In this document: piece by piece, positions 28,648 to 38,577 of the stretch | How positions within the stretch are numbered: position 1 is the first letter of the stretch | Layout: each line of letters opens with the position of its first letter | Source: an uncultured Vampirovibrio sp. | GTDB taxonomy: Bacteria; Cyanobacteriota; Vampirovibrionia; Gastranaerophilales; Gastranaerophilaceae | Length of the DNA stretch: 64,000 bases | NCBI GenBank assembly: GCA_964503025.1 | Contig: CAZCZF010000002.1 | Location: 2,999-66,998, forward strand | Direction of reading: 5' to 3' | Position numbers and translations under genes: made by a program | Notes under the pieces: model-generated | The model's input: the letters and a program-made list of their open reading frames with translations, nothing else | What the model was told of the DNA's origin: nothing | Database searches by the model: none

Positions 28648-29832
28648 ATGATATATTTGGATAACAACGCAACGACAAAAATTGATGATAAGGTTTTGGA
28701 AGTTATGCTTCCTTTTCTAAAAGAGGATTTTGCAAACCCTTCCAGCATGTATGATATAGCTAAAAAACCTGCTTCTGCGATTAAGGAAGCGCGTGTGCAG
28801 ATTAGAGATTTTCTGGGTGCAAAAAATGAAAAAGACATTTATTTCACGTCTTGTGGTTCAGAATCTGCCAACATGGCTATCAAGGGTGTTGTTGAATGTA
28901 ATAAAGAAAAAAAACATTTGATAACTACAAAAGTAGAACATCCTTGTGTTTTAAATACTTATAAACAACTTGAAAAACAAGGATATGAAGTAGATTATAT
29001 CGGTGTAGATTCACAAGGTGTGCTTGATATTGATGAGCTTAAATCAAAGCTAAGAAAAGATACTGCGCTCGTTTCTGTTATGTGGGCTAACAATGAAACC
29101 GGTGTGATTCATCCTGTTGAGGAAATCGCAGAATATATTAAAACAAAATCACCTGAAACAAGATTTTATGTTGATGCTGTTCAAGCGGCAGGAAAAATTC
29201 CGATAAATGTAAAAGAAACTAAAATAGATTTATTGGGAATTTCAGGTCACAAGTTTCATGCGCCGAAAGGAGTGGGTGCGCTTTATGTTAAGCCTGATGT
29301 GAGAATACTTCCTTTGATTAATGGCGGACATCAGGAGCGTGGTATGAGAGCAGGTACTGAGAATGTTGCGTATATTGCCGGCATGGGAAAAGCGGCTGAA
29401 CTTGCGCAAAATGCTCTTGGTTATGAAGCGACTGAAATTAAGCGATTGAGAGATAAGCTTGAAGCAGGAATCTTGAAAAATGTGTTTAATGCTCGATTAA
29501 ATACTTCAATTTCCGGAAGAGTGCCAAATACAACAAACATTGGTTTTGAGTACGTAGAAGGTGAGTTGATTCTTTTACATTTGAATGACATTGGAGTTTG
29601 CGCAAGTTCAGGCAGCGCTTGCACATCAGGCTCTTTAGAACCGAGCCATGTTTTGAGAGCAATGGGAATTCCGTTTACTGCACTTCATGGCTCAATAAGA
29701 TTTTCTCTTTCAAGGTTTACGACCGAAAAAGAAATTGATTTTGTGGTGGAAAATATGCCAAAAATTATGGAGAAGCTTACAAAAATTTCTCCATTTCAGG
29801 ATGAATTGAATAAATTAAGAGAGTTGAATTAG
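28648..29832 (+). CDS. nifS: Cysteine desulfurase NifS/IscS
   Basis: IYLDNNATT, SGHKFHAPKG, SSGSACTSGSLEPSHVL. Confidence 0.96.
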   Translation: MIYLDNNATTKIDDKVLEVMLPFLKEDFANPSSMYDIAKKPASAIKEARVQIRDFLGAKNEKDIYFTSCGSESANMAIKGVVECNKEKKHLITTKVEHPCVLNTYKQLEKQGYEVDYIGVDSQGVLDIDELKSKLRKDTALVSVMWANNETGVIHPVEEIAEYIKTKSPETRFYVDAVQAAGKIPINVKETKIDLLGISGHKFHAPKGVGALYVKPDVRILPLINGGHQERGMRAGTENVAYIAGMGKAAELAQNALGYEATEIKRLRDKLEAGILKNVFNARLNTSISGRVPNTTNIGFEYVEGELILLHLNDIGVCASSGSACTSGSLEPSHVLRAMGIPFTALHGSIRFSLSRFTTEKEIDFVVENMPKIMEKLTKISPFQDELNKLRELN

Positions 29833-29846
29833 GAAAAGGTAATGGG

Positions 29847-30692
29847 ATGAATAAAAAAGATATTTTTGAACAATTTTTAGGTTTTATAAAATTACACGCA
29901 GATTTTATAATTGGAATAATTATTAATGCGATTATAATTTATGTTTTTCTGAGAATAACTGATACATTTACTGCAAAATTTGAAAAACGTTTGCGTGATA
30001 GAAATCCGGATTCTCCGTTGTTAAATCTTATGCCTGTGCTTACAAGAATTTTTAAAGCTGTAGTAATATTTATGCTTTTAGCGGGATTTTTACAAAGTTT
30101 CGGATATAATGTTTCATCCTTGGTTGCAGGTTTCGGAATTACAGGTTTAGCAGTCGGTTTTGCGGCAAAAGAAGCAATCGGTAATGTTTTTGGTTCAATC
30201 GGACTCCTTGCTGATAAAGTATACAAGGTAGGCGAGTATATTGTTTTTAATGGATATGAAGGCACTGTGGAAAACGTTAATTTACGCTCTACCACTATTA
30301 GAACTTTAGAAGGGTTCAGAGTTAATGTGCCAAATAACCTTCTTGCGAATGAAGAAATTACAAATGTTTCTCAGGCAAATCAACGCAGAATTGATATTTC
30401 TGTTGATGTTGAGTATGGAACTTCTAATGACAAGCTTGACAGAGCGTGCAGAATATTAACGGAAATTGCAGAAACAGATAAGGATATCAAAGACGGCGCA
30501 ATTTCTTTTATTGATAATATGGCGCCAAGCTCAATTGTTGTAAGACTTGTAGCATATACTCATCTAACAACTTGGGCGGATGTAACAATTGTTAAGAGCA
30601 GAGTTTTGCGAAAAATTATACACAAATACAGAGAAGAAGGAATTGGTTTTGCATTCCCTTCTACAAGTGTGTATATCGAAAAAGGTGAATAA
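29847..30692 (+). CDS. mscS: Small-conductance mechanosensitive channel family protein
   Basis: AGFGITGLAVGFAAKE, VGEYI, EGTVENVNLRSTTIR, GIGFAFP. Confidence 0.88.
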   Translation: MNKKDIFEQFLGFIKLHADFIIGIIINAIIIYVFLRITDTFTAKFEKRLRDRNPDSPLLNLMPVLTRIFKAVVIFMLLAGFLQSFGYNVSSLVAGFGITGLAVGFAAKEAIGNVFGSIGLLADKVYKVGEYIVFNGYEGTVENVNLRSTTIRTLEGFRVNVPNNLLANEEITNVSQANQRRIDISVDVEYGTSNDKLDRACRILTEIAETDKDIKDGAISFIDNMAPSSIVVRLVAYTHLTTWADVTIVKSRVLRKIIHKYREEGIGFAFPSTSVYIEKGE

Positions 30693-30696
30693 TTGA

Positions 30697-31167
30697 ATGA
30701 ATATTAAAATTATTGCACTGGGAAAGATTAAGGAAAAATTTTTAAAAGATGGCATAGATGAATTTCTGAAACGTCTGACTCCGTATACTTCTGTGGAAGT
30801 TGTAGAACTGCAGCCTGTAGAAATTAGAGATGAAAATTTAACGGAAAAAGCTCTTTTGCAAGAAGGCGAGAAAATACTTGCGAATATAAAACCTGATTCT
30901 TTTGTCATTACAATGGAAATTTTGGGGAAACAACTTTCATCGGAAGGTTTTGCGGAAAAAATAAACGAAATCATGATGAGCGGTGTTAGTGAAATCGTTT
31001 TTGTAATCGGCTCTTCCTGTGGACTTGCACCAACTGTTTCTGCGAGAGCAAATTTTAAACTCAGTATATCTAAGATGACGTTTTTGCATCAATTTGCACG
31101 TTTGCTTTTGGTTGAGCAAATTTATAGGGCCTTCAAAATTCTAAAAAATGAGACATATCACAAATAG
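30697..31167 (+). CDS. rlmH: 23S rRNA pseudouridine-1915 N3-methyltransferase
   Basis: IALGKIKE, FVIGSSCG, MTFLHQFARLLLVEQIYRA, YHK end. Confidence 0.96.
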   Translation: MNIKIIALGKIKEKFLKDGIDEFLKRLTPYTSVEVVELQPVEIRDENLTEKALLQEGEKILANIKPDSFVITMEILGKQLSSEGFAEKINEIMMSGVSEIVFVIGSSCGLAPTVSARANFKLSISKMTFLHQFARLLLVEQIYRAFKILKNETYHK

Positions 31168-31183
31168 ATTAGAGTTGCGCTAA

Positions 31184-32497
31184 CTAGCCACCGAGTTGAA
31201 TTAGCTGATTTATGGTATCTTCATATTCAATTTTGTCATCTGTTGATTGGGTTAAAAATTCGTTAATTTGTGGCATCATGGCAATTGCCTTGTCACAGGA
31301 CGGATCAGAACCTTTAACATAAGCTCCGATATTGATTAAGTCCTCATTCTTTTTGTGGACGGCAAGCAGGTTTCTTAAATTACCCGCAGATGCGCGATGT
31401 TCTTTTGTTGTGACATCTCCCATTACCCTGCTTAATGATTGCAAAACATCGACTGCGGGATAGTGGTTTTTGTGTGCCAATTCTCTGGAAAGCATAATGT
31501 GTCCGTCAAGGATGCTTCTTGCTGTATCAGAAATCGGTTCGTTAAAGTCGTCACCTTCTACCAAGACTGTATAAAGTCCCGTGATTGTGCCAAATTCATT
31601 AGTTCCGGCGCGTTCCATTAATTTAGGCATTAATGCAAATACAGAAGGTGTGTATCCTCTTGTCGCAGGTGGTTCTCCGATAGCAAGTCCGACTTCTCTC
31701 TGTGCCATTGCAATACGTGTAATACTATCCAGCATAAAAAGTACATCCATGCCTTTGTCTCGGAAATATTCCGCAATTGAGGTTGCAACGAAAGCTGCTT
31801 TTATCTTAACCAATGATGGTTGTTCGGAAGTCGCTGCAATTACAATTGAGCGCTTCATGCCTTCTGCACCAAGGATTTCTTCTATAAATTCCTTAACCTC
31901 ACGTCCACGTTCTCCTATAAGTGCGATTACGTTTAAATCTGCGGTAGTATTTTTTGCCATCATACCGATGGTTGTACTTTTTCCGACACCAGAACCTGCA
32001 AAAATACCCATTCTCTGTCCTTTTCCGACGGTGGCAAATCCGTCAATAGATTTGATACCGAGAGAAAGCGGTTCTGCAATTCGTTTGCGTTTTAATGGGT
32101 TGATTGCTTCTGCTTGCGTAGAGCGATATTCTGAAAAACGAATTTCTCCTAATGTATCAATCGGGTATCCAAGCCCATCTAAAACTCTTCCGATTAATTG
32201 GTTTCCTACGCCGATTTTCATTGCACCGCCGGTGTTAACTACTAGAGCTCCGGGGTGAATTCCATCGGGTGAAGCAAGAGGCATGAGCAATATTTTGTCA
32301 CGTTTAAATCCTACAACTTCCGCCATCGTAGGTTTATCGCTATAATTGTTATAAATGTAGCACAAGTCGCCAATAGAGGATTTTGGACCGTCGGATTCAA
32401 TCGTTAGTCCGATAATTTCAGTAATCTTGCCGATTTCTTTAATCGTTTGTGACTCTTTTATTATGTTAAGATATTCGTTTTTGTTCCAGTCCGTCAT
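31184..32497 (-). CDS. fliI: Flagellar/type III export ATPase FliI
   Basis: AGSGVGKST, GERGREVKEF, DSITRIAMAQRE, GEPPATRGYTPS, ILDGHIML. Confidence 0.93.
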   Translation of the reverse strand: MTDWNKNEYLNIIKESQTIKEIGKITEIIGLTIESDGPKSSIGDLCYIYNNYSDKPTMAEVVGFKRDKILLMPLASPDGIHPGALVVNTGGAMKIGVGNQLIGRVLDGLGYPIDTLGEIRFSEYRSTQAEAINPLKRKRIAEPLSLGIKSIDGFATVGKGQRMGIFAGSGVGKSTTIGMMAKNTTADLNVIALIGERGREVKEFIEEILGAEGMKRSIVIAATSEQPSLVKIKAAFVATSIAEYFRDKGMDVLFMLDSITRIAMAQREVGLAIGEPPATRGYTPSVFALMPKLMERAGTNEFGTITGLYTVLVEGDDFNEPISDTARSILDGHIMLSRELAHKNHYPAVDVLQSLSRVMGDVTTKEHRASAGNLRNLLAVHKKNEDLINIGAYVKGSDPSCDKAIAMMPQINEFLTQSTDDKIEYEDTINQLIQLGG

Positions 32498-32551
32498 ACG
32501 TTGTACTCTTTATTAACTCCCTTTGTGTTTCAATCAGAACTCGCGATATAT

Positions 32552-33289
32552 TTAGCTTCCTCTTAACATTTTTTCTGCAATTTCTGCGATTTGCGATGAA
32601 ACTCTTGAATCGAGTCTGGTATCCGGAGTTTCTACAATTACACCATCTGCAGAAAGCGAGTTATCCTCAAGAATTTTGAGTGTTTCTAATTTAGAAATTT
32701 CATTTTTAAATTCAGGTGTCAGTTGATTAATATTATCTGTGAGTTTTGGGTTAACAATAATTGTGATGTTTTCTTTATCATTTAATTGTTTAATCGCATC
32801 AAGTGTGACATTATGCAGCACCTCTTCGTTAAATTGTAGGTGGCAAACCTTGTCTGCGATTGCAATAACGAGTTCTATAATATCTCTGGAAGCAGATTCT
32901 ATTATATTTTTTTTGATTTCAAAAGAGCTTGAAGAAAGTGTGTCAAGAGATTTTAACCCTTCAATTGCATCGTTCTGAAATTTGTGTAATCCGTCCAGCT
33001 CTCCTTTTTCAAATCCTTCTTTGTAAGCTTGTTCTTTGATTGCGTCATACTCTTTTTGAGCCTTTTTTTTTGCATTTTCTATGATTGTTTCCGCTTCGGT
33101 ATTTGCGGCTTGAACAACTATTTGTGATTTATTTTCGGCAACACTGATAATTTGCTTAGCTTTTGCATCAGTTTCTTCTAAAATTTGTTGTACTTTTGCT
33201 TGCTGACGTGTTACGCGCGTTTGCTCGATGGGCAAAACGTAATTACCGCCCATTTGTATGTCATCACTTTTAATTCTGTTGCTACTCAA
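32552..33289 (-). CDS. fliH: Flagellar export ATPase regulator FliH
   Basis: Coiled coil with AxxxGxxxGxxxG repeats (AYKEGFEKGELDG); GVIVETPDTRLD; TTG start overlaps the fliG stop. Confidence 0.88.
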   Translation of the reverse strand: MSSNRIKSDDIQMGGNYVLPIEQTRVTRQQAKVQQILEETDAKAKQIISVAENKSQIVVQAANTEAETIIENAKKKAQKEYDAIKEQAYKEGFEKGELDGLHKFQNDAIEGLKSLDTLSSSSFEIKKNIIESASRDIIELVIAIADKVCHLQFNEEVLHNVTLDAIKQLNDKENITIIVNPKLTDNINQLTPEFKNEISKLETLKILEDNSLSADGVIVETPDTRLDSRVSSQIAEIAEKMLRGS

Positions 33290-34331
33290 TTAATTCGTCC
33301 TCAACACTTGCACGTGTAATAGTAATTTCTCCGGTTGCTTCAAGATTTCTGATAGCGTTAACAATTCCCGTTTGAGCTTCCTGAACCTCTTTGGCTCTGA
33401 CAGGACCAAGATATTCCATGTCGTCCGTAAGCATTTGTTTTGCTCTTTCAGACATGTTTTTGAAGATTTTATCTTTAATTTCTTCTTTTGTACCTTTAAG
33501 TGCGAGCGCAAGTTGCTTAGAATCAACTTCCCTAAGTAATCTTTGAATAGCTCTGTCATCAAGAATGATAATATCTTCAAATACGAACATCAAGTCGCGA
33601 ACCTCTTGTGCCATTTGTTGGTTTTCAATGTCTAGCCATTCCATAATGTTCTTTTCAGTACCTCTGTCGCAACAGTTCAAGATGTTTGCAAGAGATTCTA
33701 CACCACCTGCATTTGAAAAATCTTGTACCAATAATGCAGAGAATTTATGTTCTACAATATCTTCAATCGTGGAAAGAATTTCAGGATTTGTAGGTGTCAT
33801 GTCCGCAATACGCATAGAAACTACAGCCTGAATATCCGGAGGTAAAAAGGCAAGAACTTGTGCTGCTTGTTCCGGTCTCAAGTATGCCAAAATAAGTGCC
33901 AGAAGTTGCGGGTTTTCGGAAGAGAATGTGCTTGCTAATTGTGAAGGGTCTGCTTCGTTAAGAAAGTAGAACGGGTTTGTGTTAATCATTGAATTAACTT
34001 TTTCTAACAATTTGGAAGCTTCTGCATCACCATAAGTTTGTGCAAGAAGTTGCTTGGCATATCCGACCCCACCTTGGGCAATATAGTTTTTAGCTTGGAA
34101 AACGCTCTTAAATTCTAACAATACTTCGTTTAAATCTTCATCAGAAATTTTGCCAAGGTTTGCAATATCAAGGGTGATTTGTTCCAATAAATCCTCGTCT
34201 TTTATGTTTTTAAGTATTTCGGAAGCAGTTGCCGGTCCTAACGCGATCAAAAGTGCTGCAACCTTTTGACTCGGACGCGTTATCGTCTTTTTTGCTTCTT
34301 CTTTTGCTTTTTTTATTTCTTCTATTCCCAT
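33282..34331 (-). CDS. fliG: Flagellar motor switch protein FliG
   Basis: QKVAALLIALG, GGVGYAK, ENPQLLALIL, MFVFEDI, MSERA...DDM...GPVR. Confidence 0.95.
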   Translation of the reverse strand: MGIEEIKKAKEEAKKTITRPSQKVAALLIALGPATASEILKNIKDEDLLEQITLDIANLGKISDEDLNEVLLEFKSVFQAKNYIAQGGVGYAKQLLAQTYGDAEASKLLEKVNSMINTNPFYFLNEADPSQLASTFSSENPQLLALILAYLRPEQAAQVLAFLPPDIQAVVSMRIADMTPTNPEILSTIEDIVEHKFSALLVQDFSNAGGVESLANILNCCDRGTEKNIMEWLDIENQQMAQEVRDLMFVFEDIIILDDRAIQRLLREVDSKQLALALKGTKEEIKDKIFKNMSERAKQMLTDDMEYLGPVRAKEVQEAQTGIVNAIRNLEATGEITITRASVEDELIE

Positions 34332-34357
34332 TTTTTAACCTTTATGGTGATAAATCA

Positions 34358-35902
34358 TTAATCTCTGATAAACGATGTCAGAAGTTTTGCGGCTTCATCA
34401 GGAGCGGCCATGACTGCGTCGTTTATTTCGTTTATATTTTGTTCTTTTTGAGATTTAACTTCTTTTCTGTTCAATTCAATTTTTGGCAACTCTTCTTCTT
34501 GCTCTAAATCTTCTTGTTTTTCATTATATTCTTCTTGCTGAATTATATGTTCTGTTCTTTTTGCAGATGGCATCTTTGCAATAAAGTTTTTCAAAATATA
34601 CAGAGCGAATCCACCAAGGATTAGAACAATAAGTAGAGGTATTACGGAAGAAGTTACAAAGTATATCATTTGTTCCTTTTGATATTGCTGAGCAAATTCT
34701 TCTTGTGCGTGTTTATCAATAACAACACCTTCAAATTGAAGTCCTGAAACTGAAATGACGTCTCCTCGTGAATAATCAACTCCGGCAGCAGAAAGAACAA
34801 GATTTTTGAGCTCTTCTTTTTCTGAATCGGTCAAGATTTTGTTTACGGCTACGGCAATCGATAAACGCTTTACAGTCCCAGGTGCATAAACAACTTGTTT
34901 AACTTCTTTTGTTACACTGTAATTTACTGATGTTTTTTGTTTTGAATAATTCAAATTTCTCTGGTTAACGTTATTTGGATTAGGAACATTGTTAGGGTTC
35001 TCATAAGTTTCGACTTCTGTTTGAGAACTTGTAACAACACCTTCTCCTTTTTCATTCGCTGGAATGTAACTTTCTATTGTCGATTTTGCAGAGTTGAAAT
35101 CAATATCTGCATTAACCTGTACTGAAACATTGCCTTTGCCGACAATTTTTTCCAAAACATCTGAAACTTTTTTGGCGGTATCCTTTTCCAAACCACTCTT
35201 GAAGCTTTCCATGTCTGTAGAATTTTTTGATGTTTCATCCGATAACGTATTACCGTTTTGGTCAGTAATAAATACATTTTCCGGTGTCATTCTCGGAACT
35301 GCATAAGCAACGAGATTTTTTATTGCTTTAACCTGTGATGCCTTAATTTTATAGCTTGGTTCAAGAACCAAAACTACTGAAGCAGTTGGCTTTTCGTCAT
35401 TATCGTCAAATATGGAACGTTCAGGCTCTGCAAGTTGAACTCGTGCGTATCTTACACCCTGTATTCTTTCTATTGAACGTGTGAGTTCGCCTTGAAAAAT
35501 TCTCTGTTTTGTAAGTTTGTTTTTAAAGTCGGTAGAACCTAATTGCATATCATCAAGTAGCTCAAATCCGGTGTCACCGTTTTTTATCAAATCGTTTTCT
35601 GCAACAAAAACTCGCATGTCATCTCTTACGTTGGATGGTACTAAAATTGTTTTATGATCTTCGGAAACCTTGTATTGATAGCCGTTTTTCTTCATCCCTT
35701 CAACAATGCTTAACGCGTTTACTTCATTGAGGTCAGAGTATAAAACTACCCAATCAGGCTCCATTGCTTTTGATAAAAAGAATGTTGCAGCAACAATTGT
35801 AATCACAATCAAAGCAAGCATTCCAAGTCTCTGGTTTCCGTCTAAACCATTCCATAATTTCTTTACATCGTTAGCTAGTAGTGCAAAATAATTATTTTCC
35901 AT
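34358..35902 (-). CDS. fliF: Flagellar M-ring protein FliF
   Basis: Two TMs; LYSDL, GFELLD, QGELTRSI, ARVQLA, KPTASV, KRLSIAV. ATG at 35902 follows GGGGAG. Confidence 0.93.
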   Translation of the reverse strand: MENNYFALLANDVKKLWNGLDGNQRLGMLALIVITIVAATFFLSKAMEPDWVVLYSDLNEVNALSIVEGMKKNGYQYKVSEDHKTILVPSNVRDDMRVFVAENDLIKNGDTGFELLDDMQLGSTDFKNKLTKQRIFQGELTRSIERIQGVRYARVQLAEPERSIFDDNDEKPTASVVLVLEPSYKIKASQVKAIKNLVAYAVPRMTPENVFITDQNGNTLSDETSKNSTDMESFKSGLEKDTAKKVSDVLEKIVGKGNVSVQVNADIDFNSAKSTIESYIPANEKGEGVVTSSQTEVETYENPNNVPNPNNVNQRNLNYSKQKTSVNYSVTKEVKQVVYAPGTVKRLSIAVAVNKILTDSEKEELKNLVLSAAGVDYSRGDVISVSGLQFEGVVIDKHAQEEFAQQYQKEQMIYFVTSSVIPLLIVLILGGFALYILKNFIAKMPSAKRTEHIIQQEEYNEKQEDLEQEEELPKIELNRKEVKSQKEQNINEINDAVMAAPDEAAKLLTSFIRD

Positions 35903-35930
35903 ATCTCCCCGCGCACAGTTCTTCAATATA

Positions 35931-35959
35931 ATCATATCCTATAGGAGAAATCTTTTCAA
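35931..35959 (-). promoter_or_regulatory. Sigma70-type promoter of fliFGHI with a palindrome in the spacer
   Basis: Minus strand TTGAAA-N17-TATGAT; spacer contains the perfect palindrome TCCTATAGGA (35937-35946). Confidence 0.7.
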
Positions 35960-36013
35960 CTTGTAAATTTTTTTTAAGTAGAAAAGAGGGGGAGGAAAAG
36001 TTTGACAGTTTGT

Positions 36014-37666
36014 TTAATTTTTGCAACCTTCGTCGGCATTGTCAATAAGTCCGTCATAATCGTTGTCGATACCGTCAGAGCAAGAACCGATAGAGTCTTT
36101 GCCTTCTGCGCGCGGATAAAATTTCAACCACTTGTCGGGAATTTTTGTCCAAAGGTATAAGAAAAATTCTTTGTAAAATTTTGCAGCTTCTATGTTGTCA
36201 ATAATCAATAAATTTTCGTCGTTTTTATTTTCACCGCTGTAAGAAAAGTTCATCGAGCCAACTATCAAATATTTATCATCAATTATAATTGTTTTTGAAT
36301 GCATTTTGCCGGCATAATTTTCTATTTTTACAGGTATTCCGTTGTTTCTTAATTCTTTTACTTTTGAATATTTAGAAGAAGCGTTCAGTGCATCAGTAAT
36401 TATTTTTACGTCAACTCCTCGCTTTTTTGCATTAATAAGTTCTGATGTCAGTTGTTTTTCAGTAATCAAAAATGCAGGTATATAAATATATCTCTGTGCT
36501 TTTCTTATCAAAGGCAATATTTCTCGGGTAATCGGTTTATCTTGTGGCGAAAAATATGCATTACTTTGGCTTTTAGCAGCGATTTTCGCGGTATGGAATT
36601 TGCCGTTGTACATCTGCTCAAATTCACTTTTGTATATATTTGCAATTTCAGGAGAGTTAATTACGGTAATTACATTGGAATTATAACCCGACATATCCGT
36701 ATGTGAAAGATTTGCCGAACCTGTGATAACTGTTTTGTTATCAAAAATATAGAATTTGTTGTGCATAATTGCATTTGCTTCTGATGAATTGATGTCGGAT
36801 TTTGAATTTTTAATTAATTTAACTAAATCAAACGTGTTTTCATAAATATTTTCACCCTTTGCATTGGAATCATACACAAGTCTTATTTCAACTCCGCGTT
36901 GTATTGCTTTGCTTAAAGCATTTTCAAGCGCAGGAACTGTGGAATATCCGTAAATCGCAATATCAATACTTTTGTTTGCATGGTTGATTTGAGTTAATAT
37001 TTCTTTGCACATATCTGTTGAGCAATTTCTATCCGGTTTTAGTTTTGTGGTCATGTCAGAGAGAATAATTTTAACATTTTTTAGATTCAATATATTGTTA
37101 GACCTGATTTTTTCTGTTTTTGTAGATACAGATTTTTTCTTATACCCCTTTTTAACCACAATACAATTGCTGAAATCTATGTCTTTGGCTATTGGGTATG
37201 TTTTGTCATCTTTCAAGTTCAAAAAAACGTAATCTGTGCGCTTTACAGTATTAATAAGTTTTTCAGAAGTATCTTTGTTTAAAAATTTGCCATCTTTAAT
37301 GCAGTATGGTGAATTTTCAAATTTGCTTTTATAGCCGAATTTATAATAAACAAGGTCATTTTGATATACATTTATTTTTCTGCCTGAAAGAATATTTGAA
37401 GCCCAATCCTTTGCAAAATTTCCGATAACAAAAGCTTCTTCTTCGCTTAATCCGAATAAATTTGCTAATTCTTTATTTCTTTTATTAAATTTGGAATCAA
37501 AAGTTTCATATCCGCTAAGTTTGAAGCTTTCGTCATTATTTAAAATTATTTCACAAGGAGAAACAACTTCTTTTATATAATAACTTTTCTTGTTAGGACA
37601 TAAAAACATTGAAAAAAGAATAAAAAGGATTATAAGTATAATGATATAAAGTATTTTTGAGCGCAT
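36014..37666 (-). CDS. Membrane-anchored phospholipase D-family protein with two HKD motifs
   Basis: MHNKFYIFD...GSAN and MHSKTIIID...GSMN; N-terminal TM; C-terminal DGIDNDYDGLIDNADEGC. Confidence 0.85.
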   Translation of the reverse strand: MRSKILYIIILIILFILFSMFLCPNKKSYYIKEVVSPCEIILNNDESFKLSGYETFDSKFNKRNKELANLFGLSEEEAFVIGNFAKDWASNILSGRKINVYQNDLVYYKFGYKSKFENSPYCIKDGKFLNKDTSEKLINTVKRTDYVFLNLKDDKTYPIAKDIDFSNCIVVKKGYKKKSVSTKTEKIRSNNILNLKNVKIILSDMTTKLKPDRNCSTDMCKEILTQINHANKSIDIAIYGYSTVPALENALSKAIQRGVEIRLVYDSNAKGENIYENTFDLVKLIKNSKSDINSSEANAIMHNKFYIFDNKTVITGSANLSHTDMSGYNSNVITVINSPEIANIYKSEFEQMYNGKFHTAKIAAKSQSNAYFSPQDKPITREILPLIRKAQRYIYIPAFLITEKQLTSELINAKKRGVDVKIITDALNASSKYSKVKELRNNGIPVKIENYAGKMHSKTIIIDDKYLIVGSMNFSYSGENKNDENLLIIDNIEAAKFYKEFFLYLWTKIPDKWLKFYPRAEGKDSIGSCSDGIDNDYDGLIDNADEGCKN

Positions 37667-38544
37667 CACAAAAGGTCTCTATAGTTGGTAATTTCAAATC
37701 CGATTTTTTCAATTTTTTCCTTGAGCTTTTGGTTTTTTGTTATTTGAAATTCGGTAAAATGATTGTCAATAGTGCCGTCTTCATATCTGCAAGGATGAAT
37801 TAAGGCTTCTGCAATCACTTTGTCATATCGAATTGCCATTAATCCATAAGAGATGGCAAGGCTGTTCATCATAGAAGTGTATGTTACTCCAATTAAATAA
37901 TCATTTGTATTAAGCCCATATTTCCTTACATTTGTTTCGTTTACAAGTGTAAAAGTATTCAACAAAATGACTTTGATAAGATTAATTGGGTATTTTATTG
38001 TCAAATGTTGATAAATATCAGGAATAATATATGGTTTCTCGTATTGTGTTCTAATTTGTTTAATTCCGTATTCCTTGGCTAAACGACACACAAGTTCAAA
38101 AATTCTCGGAATAGAGTGTGTGTGAACATGTGAATCAATATGCGTAACTTCTGTTTTGCTTTTAATTTTTTCAATCTGTGCTCTAAACTCTTTTTCCAAT
38201 TGTTCCATAAAACGGTTGTCTTTATAATTCAAAGATTTTATTAGCAATTGAATATAAGAATTGCTAAAATTGCCGTTTTCGTCCGTTAATCTATCTAAGT
38301 CAGCGCATAAAGATTTTCCTTCAATAATGTTTAAATGGATGCCGACTCCTAGTTCAGGACAAGAGGGGATAATTCTGTTACAAGCTTCTGCAAAAGCTTC
38401 ACCGTTTGCAACCAGACTTGCACTTTTGAGTATGCCGGACGAATACCCTTCCAGTACCGCCTTGTTAAAAGCGTTACTCATTCCAAAATCATCTGCATTA
38501 AGTATAAATTTTTTATTGCTCACTGTTGACTTCCCTATTAACAT
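37666..38544 (-). CDS. YdjC/ChbG/HpnK-family carbohydrate deacetylase
   Basis: NADDFG, GIHLN, IDSHVHTH, LIHP; start could also be GTG at 38523. Confidence 0.9.
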   Translation of the reverse strand: MLIGKSTVSNKKFILNADDFGMSNAFNKAVLEGYSSGILKSASLVANGEAFAEACNRIIPSCPELGVGIHLNIIEGKSLCADLDRLTDENGNFSNSYIQLLIKSLNYKDNRFMEQLEKEFRAQIEKIKSKTEVTHIDSHVHTHSIPRIFELVCRLAKEYGIKQIRTQYEKPYIIPDIYQHLTIKYPINLIKVILLNTFTLVNETNVRKYGLNTNDYLIGVTYTSMMNSLAISYGLMAIRYDKVIAEALIHPCRYEDGTIDNHFTEFQITKNQKLKEKIEKIGFEITNYRDLL

Positions 38545-38577
38545 AATTTATTGTATTATAATTTTGAGAGGAATACA

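Noticed and set aside
27721-29832. Nitrogen fixation cluster
   Set aside because: No nifHDK or nifENB; nifU/nifS alone are an Fe-S assembly system.
31184-35902. Non-flagellar injectisome (Sct) locus
   Set aside because: The proteins are flagellar-type (full FliF with two TMs, three-domain FliG with torque residues); no SctC, SctD or SctJ seen.
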